DNA of 64,000 nt from Schmidtea nova (lineage: Eukaryota), in contig CM097883.1 in the NCBI GenBank assembly GCA_044892505.1, positions 79,174,001 to 79,238,000 on the forward strand, in the 5' to 3' direction. Each line of letters starts with the position of its first letter. The stretch's first letter is position 1. This document shows, piece after piece, positions 11,586 to 23,745 of the stretch. The translations under genes were made by a program, and so were the position numbers. The notes beneath the pieces are model-generated. The model was not told the origin of the DNA and made no database searches. It was given only the letters and a program-made list of their open reading frames with translations.

Positions 11586-12956
11586 AAAGTCAGATATATC
11601 AATAGTTTAACTGGATTATATATAAAAAATAAATTCAACAAGAAAAGCATATTTTTTTAAACAAACGTATTTTTTATATACAGTTTTTTAAACAATTTCT
11701 TTTCTTTTTTATTTATATAATAAAATATATATTACAACCATGTATACATTTAATATATACTTAATTTATGTTGGGTTATTATTCTGTAAGATCGGTTTAC
11801 TGACCTGACTCCTCGTGCTCTTTAATTTTCGAAATCAATGAACCCAACACAGAACAATCTTTTTATTCGCGATCAACACAAATTACAATTTTAGTTACAC
11901 ACACGTTTGATTAATTTACGCTTTCTTTCGATTCGGATTTGACTCTTTAATTCACAGGATGCTTTCTTACTTTGTCTGTTTAATCGTTTCAGGATCTTTT
12001 TCTATTCGCTTTCAAAGTCTTTTTAATAATCTCTTTTTGACTGTCCACTCGTCGGCCCCGTCCTCTGTTTTGCGCTGCCTTTTATAGTTCTAGCACCTAG
12101 CAATTAGGTTTTATCGATACCTAAAAGTTAACCAATATCGGGTTTAATTGTTTGGCTAACAAATTATTTTAATTATCCTCGGATGGATTTTCCCTAATTG
12201 CCCCGACTTTGATCTCTCGGGTCTTTTGGCGCTCGGGCTTTCCTCATCGCTCGGGTTTCCCATTGCCTCGGGCTTCCCATTGTCTCGGGTTTCCCATTGA
12301 GCGATTAATTAATTTTAATTAGTTTGTTTTTATTAAATAACTTTCTCTGGGGACCCCTTATTAAATTTCTATTATTAATTTTGGGTTCGTCTTTTGATTT
12401 GGTATTCAACCATACCCATTTCCCCCAGTGAATATTAATTTTACATTTTTGATAAATTTTAATTAATTTTTGCATTTTAATTTATTTCGATATTTCTTGT
12501 TACTTTTGTGATTTTTATACTAACCCCAACATATCTCACCCCTTTATTCAAGATTCGTCCTCGAATCTATTTTTCCATTAATAATAATTTATTATAATAA
12601 TTTCATATTGATTATAATAACAATAATAATTAATTATAATAACTGTAATAATTTTACTTATAACGATAATAATAACAATTGCAATAATGATAGTAATGCT
12701 AATTATTCTAATATTAATGATATAAAAATTCTAATAATTCTAATAATAATGTTATAATAATAATGATAATAATAATAATAGTAATAATAATAATAATAAT
12801 AATAATACTTAGAATTCGAATAATAAATTGTTAACGATAAAGTAACAATAAGAATTTGACAATAATTCGTTTATTTATTTATATTTTTATTTATTTTTTT
12901 TGCAATGGTCATATAATAATAATAATAACAATAAGTTGATAATTAATAGTTAATAC

Positions 12957-13095
12957 NNNNNNNNNNNNNNNNNNNNNNNNNNNNNNNNNNNNNNNNNNNN
13001 NNNNNNNNNNNNNNNNNNNNNNNNNNNNNNNNNNNNNNNNNNNNNNNNNNNNNNNNNNNNNNNNNNNNNNNNNNNNNNNNNNNNNNNNNNNNNNN
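12957..13095. other. Assembly gap (N run)
   Basis: Run of n. Confidence 1.
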
Positions 13096-13600
13096 TAATT
13101 GTTAAATCGGCTTTGCCGATGTTTACTTTAAAATCGGCTTTGCCGATAATTATTTGTGTTACTTGTTTTAAATCGGCTTTGCCGATTATTATTTATTCCC
13201 TTTGATCGGCATAGCCGAAAATAGAGTCAATATTGGGTTGGGTGTTGACTTGATATATATATATATATTTTTTGTTTATTTATTACAAGTTTTAAAAAAT
13301 TTTTTTTGATAATATTTTTGGTAACTTTGACGAAAATGATTTTATGGCAATTCACATATTTCCGGTTGTTGTCTCTGATTTTATTCAATTATGTCGATTA
13401 ATATCGTTTTCTTTATTTATCAAATTCAATTTTCTATAGCAATTTATCTCTCCTTTTCTTTGATTCACTCCTTCACCGACCTTTAGATCACGTCGGTTAT
13501 TATCGTAACAATTTTTCACCGACCTTTCTATCACGTCGGATAATCTCGTAACAATTTTCCAATTATTCAATATTTTCACTATGCTCTCACCGACCTTCGG

Positions 13601-13618
13601 ATCACGTCGGGCTCACCA
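13601..13618 (-). promoter_or_regulatory. Primer-binding site complementary to tRNA-Trp
   Basis: Plus strand ATCACGTCGGGCTCACCA vs vertebrate tRNA-Trp 3' end ATCACGTCGGGGTCACCA (17/18, recalled); 3 nt from the LTR. Confidence 0.85.
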
Positions 13619-16600
13619 AAATGTTGGTTATTATTCTGTAAGATCGGTTTACTGACCTGACTCCTCGTGCTCTTTAATTTTCGAAATCAATGAACCCAAC
13701 ACAGAACAATCTTTTTATTCGCGATCAACACAAATTACAATTTTAGTTACACACACGTTTGATTAATTTATGCTTTCTTTCGATTCGGATTTGACTCTTT
13801 AATTCACAGGATGCTTTCTTACTTTGTCTGTTTAATCGTTTCAGGATCTTTTTCTATTCGCTTTCAAAGTCTTTTTAATAATCTCTTTTTGACTGTCCAC
13901 TCGTCGGCCCGTCCTCTGTTTTGCGCTGCCTTTTATAGTTCTAGCACCTAGCAATTAGGTTTTATCGATACCTAAAAGTTAACCAATATCGGGTTTAATT
14001 GTTTGGCTAACAAATTATTTTAATTATCCTCGGATGGATTTTCCCTAATTGCCCCGACTTTGATCTCTCGGGTCTTTTGGCGCTCGGGCTTTCCTCATCG
14101 CTCGGGTTTCCCATTGCCTCGGGCTTCCCATTGTCTCGGGTTTCCCATTGAGCGATTAATTAATTTTAATTAGTTTGTTTTTATTAAATAACTTTCTCTG
14201 GGGACCCCTTATTAAATTTCTATTATTAATTTTGGGTTCGTCTTTTGATTTGGTATTCAACCATACCCATTTCCCCCAGTGAATATTAATTTTACATTTT
14301 TGATAAATTTTAATTAATTTTTGCATTTTAATTTATTTCGATATTTCTTGTTACTTTTGTGATTTTTATACTAACCCCAACATTTATATTTAATTTATAT
14401 TTAATATAAATATTATATTTATTGTATCAGAACAACTACCAAAAAAACAATTTTAGAAGACAAACTTGTGACTCAAAAATAGTACCAAAAATTTGTGTTG
14501 AATATGAAAAAAATGAAATTGTAATTAAAATCAAAGGTGAAGAAGATTAAAGATTTTAATGATTGACTATTATGTAATTCTAAAAAATTCGTAATTTATT
14601 TATTATTAAATAATTTTATATATAATTACGTTAATTACCTTTCATTCTGTATATAAAATACAATTGCTTATTGTACTTTTGTTGGACAAGAACCCAATAA
14701 AAATTCGATTTTATTTTGTGGCTCCAAAGATTCACAAACATACACTGGGAAGAAGTTAAAATTAATATTCAAGAAAAATAAAATAATTAATCCAAAAAAT
14801 CAAACAAACCAAAATAATAGTTTTTAAAATAATTAAAACACGGCAAAAATATCATAAAAACAATTAAAAAACATAATATAAGATTTAAAACTATGAACAT
14901 CTAAGATAGTGAACGAAATTCATCACGGAGCCTAAAATAGCGAAAATAATTTAAAACAATTAATTTAAAATGGCAAAGACAAATTGAGAAATCCAATAAG
15001 AAAACAGGAAAATAAAGAAAAAAAATTTAATTAATTAAAATAAATGGAAAAAAATTCGAAGACTGATAGGCAGTATTTTTTCTAAAGCGATCCTTTCACC
15101 ATGGTCAGTCCTGGCGCGGGGCAAACACGTGCGATGCAGGTTGGCGGCCGATTTATCAAAATCTCAATTTCCAACAACAATTTAGCCTGGCTAGGAATAC
15201 TGTCTATGTATCTGTGTCCAAGGAGATTTTTAACATGATCTTCATTTAAAATAGGAGTCCAGATTTGTTATCCATGCCGAAATTCTATAGGCTGGCTTAT
15301 ATCATAGTAACTTTTTTCTATATTAAAAATATTGATTTTAGTTTCTATTTTTAGATTATTGGAATCCCATTTTAGTTGCAATTTCAATCCCATTTTTATT
15401 GTTTAGCTTTCTTCAACTTTATAGTCATACTATTCATTATTTAGAAACTCGATTTCTTTTGGGACAGAATTCGAAAAACTCAGTGAAAATCACAATCAAA
15501 TGGCAAAGTATATTATGCTGTCTTTTTTATTTTCCGATTACATTAGTCATTTTGAACGTTAGATTCTACTTGTTGGATAAATGGATAATGTATCTCAAAG
15601 TAAATTTTCCTTTTTCAACTAGATAATTAGGCCGAATAATTTATGAATCAGGATTTGTTACTTAAAAATTGGACAATACATTGCGAAAACAGATGAAATT
15701 TCTCAGGAGGATCCAATTAGCAAAATATTAGTTTATTACGAAATACTAAGTAGATTTATCAGCTTAATTTGGAATTTATGACACTGATTTAACATTTCCA
15801 GAAATGAGTATCGTTATGATAGTATTTCTTGTATTTGTAGCTTTTATGGAAATTTTTCTTTAAAGAATTTTAACTGTTTTATTTTTAATTACTGATTTTT
15901 TTATTATCGAATTTTGTTAATACATTTTTGAGTTAGTTTTTTAATTACTATAATTTCTATCATTAAAATTTTGAATATATCTTGGAGTTTGTTAGTTTTG
16001 GGTTCCCATTAGAGTAAACCCTTGTCTATTTATAAAAAAACCACTGACGCACTAATATAGAAATTTTCGATTTTCTTATAAATTAAACACTCTATCGTAT
16101 TTCGAAAATGCTATTCACTTTCTGCTATAACTCTAAAATCTCTAGACAATGGTAACATTATTATTTCACTAACTTTTTGATGTTGATAAAATACAAAATT
16201 AAAAAAGATTGACTATAAAGATTTTAAATCGCGATGTGAAGATTTCACTATGTTCATGGCTATGATAGCTATGGCTATGTTCGATGATTTTAATTTATGT
16301 TTACAATAATTGTTAAATAATATTTCGACATAGTTTAAGTGGCAGGAGATGCGTGAAAACTTTCTGTCGAATTTTTAAAAAGCACGGTTTTACGATCTAT
16401 TTTATTCGTTTCTACTCTTTGAGTTTGAATAGACATTGTCGTGGAAAACAGGCTGCAAGACGTATGTTGAAGTTCCAAATTCTCAACTTTGGTCACTAAA
16501 TTAAATAAATTAAGATAAGACTGGTAAAACGATTTTTCTTCATCCTCTTTGCTAGCTGAAATTAATATCTCGTTGGACCTGACCTACCAGGTTTATCTCA

Positions 16601-16724
16601 ACGTTATTTCTCTCTTATATATCTGGACCTGACCTTTCCTGGTTCGTCTCAGATTTATTCCTATCTATTAACAATTTGTCTGATCGTGACCCTTATGGAT
16701 TTGCCACAGATATACTTGTCCTAG

Positions 16725-16935
16725 CCCTCATGCCATCTCTGTGGTGGGTTATGACAATACTTGTCACAACACTCATGTCATCTCGGTTGTCGGTTATGAT
16801 AATATTTGTCCTAATCCACATACCATCTCTGTTGTCGTTTAGTATAATTATGCGAAAGCTGATTAAATATTTTACTACTTGTTCTAACCCTCATGCCATC
16901 TCTGTGGTCGGTTAGGATAATTATGCGAGAGCTGA
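16725..16935. repeat. Degenerate ~42-bp tandem repeat
   Basis: Recurrent ccctcatgccatctctgtggt(g/c)ggtta(t/g)gata-like units. Confidence 0.75.
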
Positions 16936-18796
16936 TTACATATCCCAACAATTTTATTTACGTCATTTGATTTATTTTTTCTCTTTATGCTAGCTTATTT
17001 TTAGACGTTTCTTATTTCTGGCTAGTTTTTAGATTCCCCTTATATACTAATTTTATTTTACTTTTTTTAGCGCGCTTTTAACTTCCTTGGGTTTCTTCTA
17101 TTTCTCTCGCAACCAAAAATATATAACACGATCGCGTTAGTCCATCAATGCACGGTATGGTGATCAGTCATACCACAAAGACTTTCTAACATTTGCGATG
17201 GGCCCATCCTATTGGTGGTTTGTTGACCGTCAACATGACCTTGACGTTGTTGTGGCTCACATCAACAACTAAACATACAAAACATTAGCTTAACCATCTT
17301 GTTGCCCGTCACAATGTAACGTTGGTAATGCAACAAATGAGTGGGTATTCGCAATCAGTGAGCGTCGAAAGTTCGAAACTATGATTGACCGAATATCTCC
17401 TGGGTCCAAGGGCTACCGATAGAAGGTTTAATACCAATTTTGTCCCTTCAACAATCTATCTATAAACATTCAATAATATTTTAAATCAGAAAATTTCAAA
17501 ATAACTAATCCACATCAATATAAGTTTATTTTTGCATCAAAAGGAATCATTCCGAGCATCAAAACACCAACAAAACATTAAATTTTGCTTAAATTCATGA
17601 TAATTAGTAGATAAAATATTTTTCAAAAAAACAAAAAACTTAATCTGCGTTTAAAATAAAAAAAACTTTAATTTTTATTTGATAAATAGTAACTCTATTA
17701 TTAAAATAGTGAACCCATTGATTAAAAACAGAATATAATTCAAATAACAATTCAAGGTAAGCTATTTTTATCTAATTAGTTTATCGATTTATTTATTTCA
17801 TTTTCAGAATAGGAACTTCCCAACAAAAATCAATCTTCCTCTAACAAGTGTGAAAAATTGGAAAGAATATAGATATATTTTTCTATCCAGGTTCATAACT
17901 GGTATTTTATTTTTTTAGTAACAAGGTGCATCAGCAGCATCGTTCAACACCCGGTTTCGTCATTTCTCCAAAAACTCTTAAGTTGCTCCGCTAAATACAT
18001 TCCCAATATGTTTTAAAAAATTTAGAGTTTCAAATCAAATACTGCCCTCCTTGTCTCGAACTTTGCCCAAATCTCAAATGGAACTTCATCTCATCTCCAA
18101 CAATTCTCACCTCTGTCAATTTTGTATGTCTATAATAAATTATATACTGGATTTTATATCAAAATTGATTTTCTCTTCTCTATAATTCTACATAATTATG
18201 TATGAATGTTTTCTCTTTTTAACTCGAAATCTGACAAAGTAAATTTATTGGTTTTTTATTGTTAACTGTATTTGTGATGGTAATGAATTATAAGCTTAAC
18301 CCTTTGAACCCTTGCCTCCCTGGCCTAATTTCTCCCATTTCCTGAGCTCCCAGACCCAAAGCAATTGTCACTTATCTGCTTCTAACTATGCCTATAACCT
18401 TTGAACTGCTTGAGATAATCAAGCCAAATTTTGTATCTAGGCTCAGTCTCAAACAACAATTCAGCCAGATTATGAAAATTTTTGTTTTTTTACAATGTAT
18501 GAACATAACAATAAATAACGAACACCTATAATTATTGTTTTGATAGGCCATAGAAGAAATAAATTTACATTTAGTAATTGTTTTTTATTATTGATACCTG
18601 GTCATATTTGTTCATTGCCAGAAGTCCACTTTTGTGTGATAACTTTCAAAACAATTATTGTTGCCGGACCCGATGCAAAGAAAAACTTCGCATGTTTTGC
18701 ACCAGTAAAGTTTTTTTTCGCTTCGGAAATTCTTGGTCCTTGGTCTTGGGATTTGCTCTTTTTTCTCGCTTGTAGATTTATTATTATAATCGAATA

Positions 18797-21330
18797 TAGG
18801 GTTTCCATACTCGGTTATCGAGTACTCGGTTACTCGGTTATTTCTCTGTTTTATAAGTTACTCGGAAACTCGGTTTTTACCATTAATACTCGGTTATTAT
18901 TAGCAATTGCAAGATATTTGGTTAAAATTATTTGCTTAAAATTAATTTACCCTTATGATAAATTTAAATAAAATAGTAAGCTTTGCAAATAAAATAGTTC
19001 TTTTTCATATTTAATTTTGTAAACAATTGCAAGAGCTAAATAAATGAATTGTATATCGAAAATATTTGTTTAAAATTAATTTACACTTATGATAAATTTA
19101 AATAAAATAGTATTGGTTTTTCTTTTTCATATTTAATTTTGAAGATATAGGTTTATTCGACAAATTGATGGTAAGTATTTTGTGAGGTTACTTATAGTGT
19201 AGTTACAATTTAATTTTCTAAAATAGCTATGTCAACCAAGAACTCAAATAAAAAGTCTAAAGTCTGGAATTTTTTTAGTAAAAATAAAAATAATGAAGAC
19301 GCAAAATGATTGAAGTGTGGGAATGTTATCTTCTGTAAAGGGTCATCCACAACCGCATTGATCAACCACTTAAAAAGACATGATATATTTATTAATAAAA
19401 AGCGAAATGGTTCAGAAGAACTTCCGATGATATCCACTGGTTCCGTGTGCGCCAAAAGAACTAAAACTGAACAAGGTAATTTATGGAATTACGTGAATTG
19501 AGACTCGTTGGGGGAAATTTTAGCAAAATGTGCTGCTGTGGATGGATTTTCTATACATGCTATTAAAAATTCTTCAGCTCTTAAGGGATTTGTTCAATAT
19601 CGTGGTTATGAAATGCCAAAAAGTGATACATCCATCATGAATCACATTAAAGATTTTGCTGTACAGAAAAGAACAGAATTGGCCAAATACTTATCGACCT
19701 CGAATTCAAAAAATAATAGACAAAAATTTAGTATTACTGTAGGCGAATGGACAGGCAGAAATGTTAAACGATATTTGAACGTAACCTTACACAGTAAAAA
19801 TAAAGCGCATGTATTAGGTTTGATACCAATTGATGGTTCGTACAATGCAGTTAACTTGAAAAATTTGGTTGATGAAAAATTGCTTTGCTTTGGTCTGAAA
19901 TTTGCGGAAGACATTATCGCTTCCACAAACGATGGAGCTGAAGTCATGCAAAAATATGGAAGGTTAATAGAAGCTATATGCCAACTTTGTTTCAATCATT
20001 CTATTTACCTAGTAGTGATTGATGTTTTTTATAAAAGAAATTGTAAACGAAAACATAATTTTAAGTAAATGTGATGATAATTATGACAGTGATGAAAGCA
20101 GTGTAGAAAATTCCAGTAATTCGGATACAAATGCAAACTTAAATTTTGATGATGTTGAAGAAATAATTACAACTTTTAGACCAGATATTGGTAAAACATT
20201 AGCAGAAACCAGAACCGTTATTAAAAAATTTAAAAATTCACCAGTAAGGAACTCAATTTTGCAAAATTATGTCACAGACCATTAAGGCAAAAATTTGAGT
20301 TTGATGTTGGATTGTAAAACCCGCTGGAATTCTCTGATCCCAATGATTGAATGTTTCTTAAAATTGAAAGAATGTATCAAGAAAGCACTGAATGATATTG
20401 GTTGTTTCGATATTTATAAAGAAGAAAATGAGGTAGTTTTGGAAGAAATTTTAAAAATTATGAAACCAACTGAATTCGCTGTTAAGGAATTAAATAAAGA
20501 AAGTGCTACGTTGTTAACTTCTGAAGGTGTTTTTAAATTTTTGTTTGAAAAGCTTCACGAAATTAATACTAGTTTAAGCAAAGAATTATTAACTGCATTA
20601 AAAACTCGAATGTATTACAGACGAAATGAAACAGTAATAACGTTGTTACTATATCTCCAGTGTGGAAAAATGCCTCGAGCCAATGGTGATTTTACATATT
20701 CGTCAAAAATTGCAGTTTGTGAATTTGCAAATGTTCTTTTAAATAAAATATATCCGGTTTCTGCTATTTCTGAATAAGCTGGCAGTGACAGCGTGTCAAC
20801 AGACGATTGTTTTGAAATAGAAGAAACGGATACAAATGAGCTTAATCAAGAACTGCACAGGGCAATTTCATCCGTTTTGGACATTAATAATAGTTCTAAT
20901 ACTGGAAAAAATATAAGAGACTTGAAATCAGATTTTAAAATATTAGATGGAACCAAAAAGCGTACTGAGAATCTTGAACGATTATACGAGGCCTTATTAA
21001 CTATAAAACCAACATCTACCGCTACAGAAAGGGTTTTCTCAACAGCAGGAAATTTCTTGACCAAAATAAGAAGCCGCTTAAACTTTAAATCATTAGATGC
21101 ACTAATTTTCTTAAAGTATTATTTTTTAAATAAATCTAAATAATTCTAAATTCTACTCATCAATTATATACTCTTTTTTATACTCTATAGTCTATAATAT
21201 ATAATGAATAAATGAATTAAAAATATTTGAATTACAAAAATGTTTTTTTCGGTTGAAATACTCGGTTAATTTTCCTTACAGATACTCGTAAACTCGGTTA
21301 GTTAATTTTGCCGAGTAATTAGAAACCCTA
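18797..21330 (+). mobile_element. hAT DNA transposon nested in giant LTR copy 1
   Basis: TIR TAGGGTTTC, perfect 8-bp TSD ATCGAATA, subterminal ACTCGGTTA repeats. Confidence 0.95.
19229..21143 (+). pseudogene. hAT transposase with BED finger and C-terminal dimerisation motif, several stops/frameshifts
   Basis: KSKVWNFF..KCG..STTALINHLKRH; ASTNDGAEVM; CKTRWNSL; PTSTATERVFS. Confidence 0.9.
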
Positions 21331-23453
21331 ATCGAATAATAATATAAATAAAAATTTGTTGGATTGTGGATGTAGATGTAGATTGTTGGTTACAATGATC
21401 AGGTGGGATTTGTGAATAGGCATGCAGTATTTTATAATGAAATTTTTACATGAGATGTTGTGCTTGTTGTGGTTTGGTGAGGTGAGATGTAGTGATTTCA
21501 AATGTGTGTATATACTATTATAGATTTGTTATGGATTTTCTATTGTGTGATTGTATGTTGGATAAAATGAACAATTCAATGATAAATGAGATTGGGTGAA
21601 TGCCTATGGGAATTTTCTGAATACCATATTGAATTTTAAAAAAACGTAATAGGATTCTGGACGTTAATTATTTTGAACAGACCTTGCGCTTGGCCAATCC
21701 ACTACTCCTCATATAGCCAGGTATGAGATGAAGCGTTTTTGGATGTTTGCGTTCATATCGATGAAAATATGGATCAGAACACTGAAAGGACTCCAGCAAA
21801 CTGATGATTCAACAAAGTGACTAATGACGGTACAACGACTAGGTGACCATCATCAGACATATGGAAATGGTTTTAATTAGAAGAAATATAAATATGTATG
21901 TAAATAAATAAATGAATATCAATATAAGGATGTTAGATTGTGAGAAAATATGATCAAAGTAAAAATAAAACTTGAATAGAAAAAATTATAATAATCATTA
22001 CATATTTTACCATAAGATAACACATTATCAAACTTGAATAAAAATGAAAATCGAATCAGAATACCTACGGCAGGGTAACAAGGCATGATTGCTAGCCCGC
22101 ATAACATAAAATTCATGATCCTTACATAATTGAATAGCTTCCCCGCTTGGTTCGGACGCGATTTCTAGAAATCTTTTGAGGGATTAACCTGAGAATTCTC
22201 TCAAACGATTTTAAGCAAAGTTCTCTTTGCTAAAAAACGTTTCACAATTTTTAGCAACAAAATTCCGGAAATTCTGCAAAATTTTGGCAAATTCTCGAAA
22301 GTTCTTGACAAACTCTGATGAAATCCATTTTGATGGCGGTATATATAGTTGGTCAAATTGTTATTTTCGTTGATGCATTAGAACAAATTGTTCTAGAAGG
22401 AATTTTTCGATTCTTGAAAATTAATTTCAATAATTTTACGCAAAATTGAATTATTATTTTTGTATTAAATTTTAAATAAACTCTTAATAATTTATTTTGG
22501 ATCCAAAATTTCATTTTTAAATCAAAGTTTTTCCTAATTTAATTAGTTTATCATAATTTCTAACTAAAACGATTTTCTTTCGTATTTTTTGAATTTTTAC
22601 ACTAAAATTCGAAAATTTCCTTCCGAAAAGATGTTAATATTTCCTATTGTGTTATTCTATTACACAATTGATGTTCTCACATTGTACATGTATTTTTACG
22701 TGTACACTCAAGGCGCTTTTGTTCGTTTCAAATTTTAAACGTGTTTTAATCAATTATTTCATGTGTTCTGCTGTTACTGGGTTGTACTTGGTGTTTTGGC
22801 ACACAGAATTTTAAATCTACTTGTTGCGCGCTCTCTACATGTTATATTACTGCGACATTTAAACAAAACTCAGTTTTTGCCCAACACTATATTTCCCTGG
22901 TCGGTTTAATCGTCGGTTTTCCCACGTTATTCCTAACTTAATACTCGAAGGTAGCTTAAAAGTAATTTAACATACTACTCACGCGTAGCTCAAAAAGTTA
23001 TATTACGCAAAATGAATAATCCTTTCACATTTATGACTTTCATTACTCGCATATACTCGTTTTCATTCATGATCTTTATCTCAGCAGTGGTACAGATTTC
23101 CAACTTTCAACGTCAGTGGTCAGCTCCCTATTCTTACGTATTTTCGTTTGTTACTTTATTTTATTATTTCCCTTTATTTGGTCATTTCCCCCGTCTCTCA
23201 AATTCGCTCTTATTTGTCTATTATCCAGTTCTAACCCTCTTAATTTATTTACAAGGTGATTTGATTTTTTCGCCACGCTTCCAACTACAAGATATGTACA
23301 TAAATAGTTTGTTGTCAGTCAGTGATAGACAGATCGATCGTCTCGACCGACACTTTACGGAGCTGCCCTAGAAGTCGAGCTTCCTAACGTCACTTTCGAC
23401 GGGCACGAACTCCTTTGCTGGGTCGCCATTTCTTTGGCCGATCGACGGATGGT

Positions 23454-23745
23454 TTAGTGACTAGCCTTTGCGTCGGTGCCACTTCTCCAGTCCTTACTGG
23501 AAACAACTTCAAAGCGGGAAACTCCATCTTGGATTCTGACGTCGATTTTCAATTGGGCAATCTCCGCGTCCCGTTGTTTCACGGTCATTTTTACCGCGCG
23601 CAGTTGGAACGCGTCTTCTGCGGCCTGCTCCTGTAATATTCTATTTTGCTTTCGCATCTTCTCGGTGCCCTCCACATTCGTCCAAGTGGATTCCACTTTC
23701 CGGCACTGAGAGAGAAAGCTTTGGAGCGGATTGAGAGAAGCTTTG
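23454..23745 (-). other. GC-rich coiled-coil-like ORF fragment, right of which lies the L EVE
   Basis: KMRKQNRILQEQAAEDAFQLRAVKMTVKQRDAEIAQLKIDVRIQ; no family recognised. Confidence 0.4.

Larger units (their letters stand above)
11769..14382 (-). mobile_element. LTR retrotransposon with two near-identical LTRs (11769-12531, 763 bp; 13622-14382, 761 bp) and a short non-coding visible interior containing an N-gap
   Basis: TG..CA ends, 4-bp TSD TTTA on both sides, PBS at 13601-13618, PPT at 12534-12549; I found two 1-nt indels and one substitution between LTRs. Confidence 0.95.
17213..22886 (-). mobile_element. Giant solo LTR, copy 1 (~3.13 kb after removing the nested hAT)
   Basis: Starts TGGTGG, ends GCCCAACA, flanked by 4-bp TSD CTAT (17209-12, 22887-90); collinear with 42498-46611; minus-strand TATA-like element at ~22340. 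Confidence 0.85.

Noticed and set aside
15060-15340. GC-richer segment as a possible rhabdovirus M/P/G fragment between N and L
   Set aside because: No motif recognised in any frame; needs HHpred to decide.
17424-17443. Resemblance of GGTTTAATACCAATTTTG to nematode SL1
   Set aside because: Needs gaps, no donor site or Sm site follows, and not conserved in copy 2.
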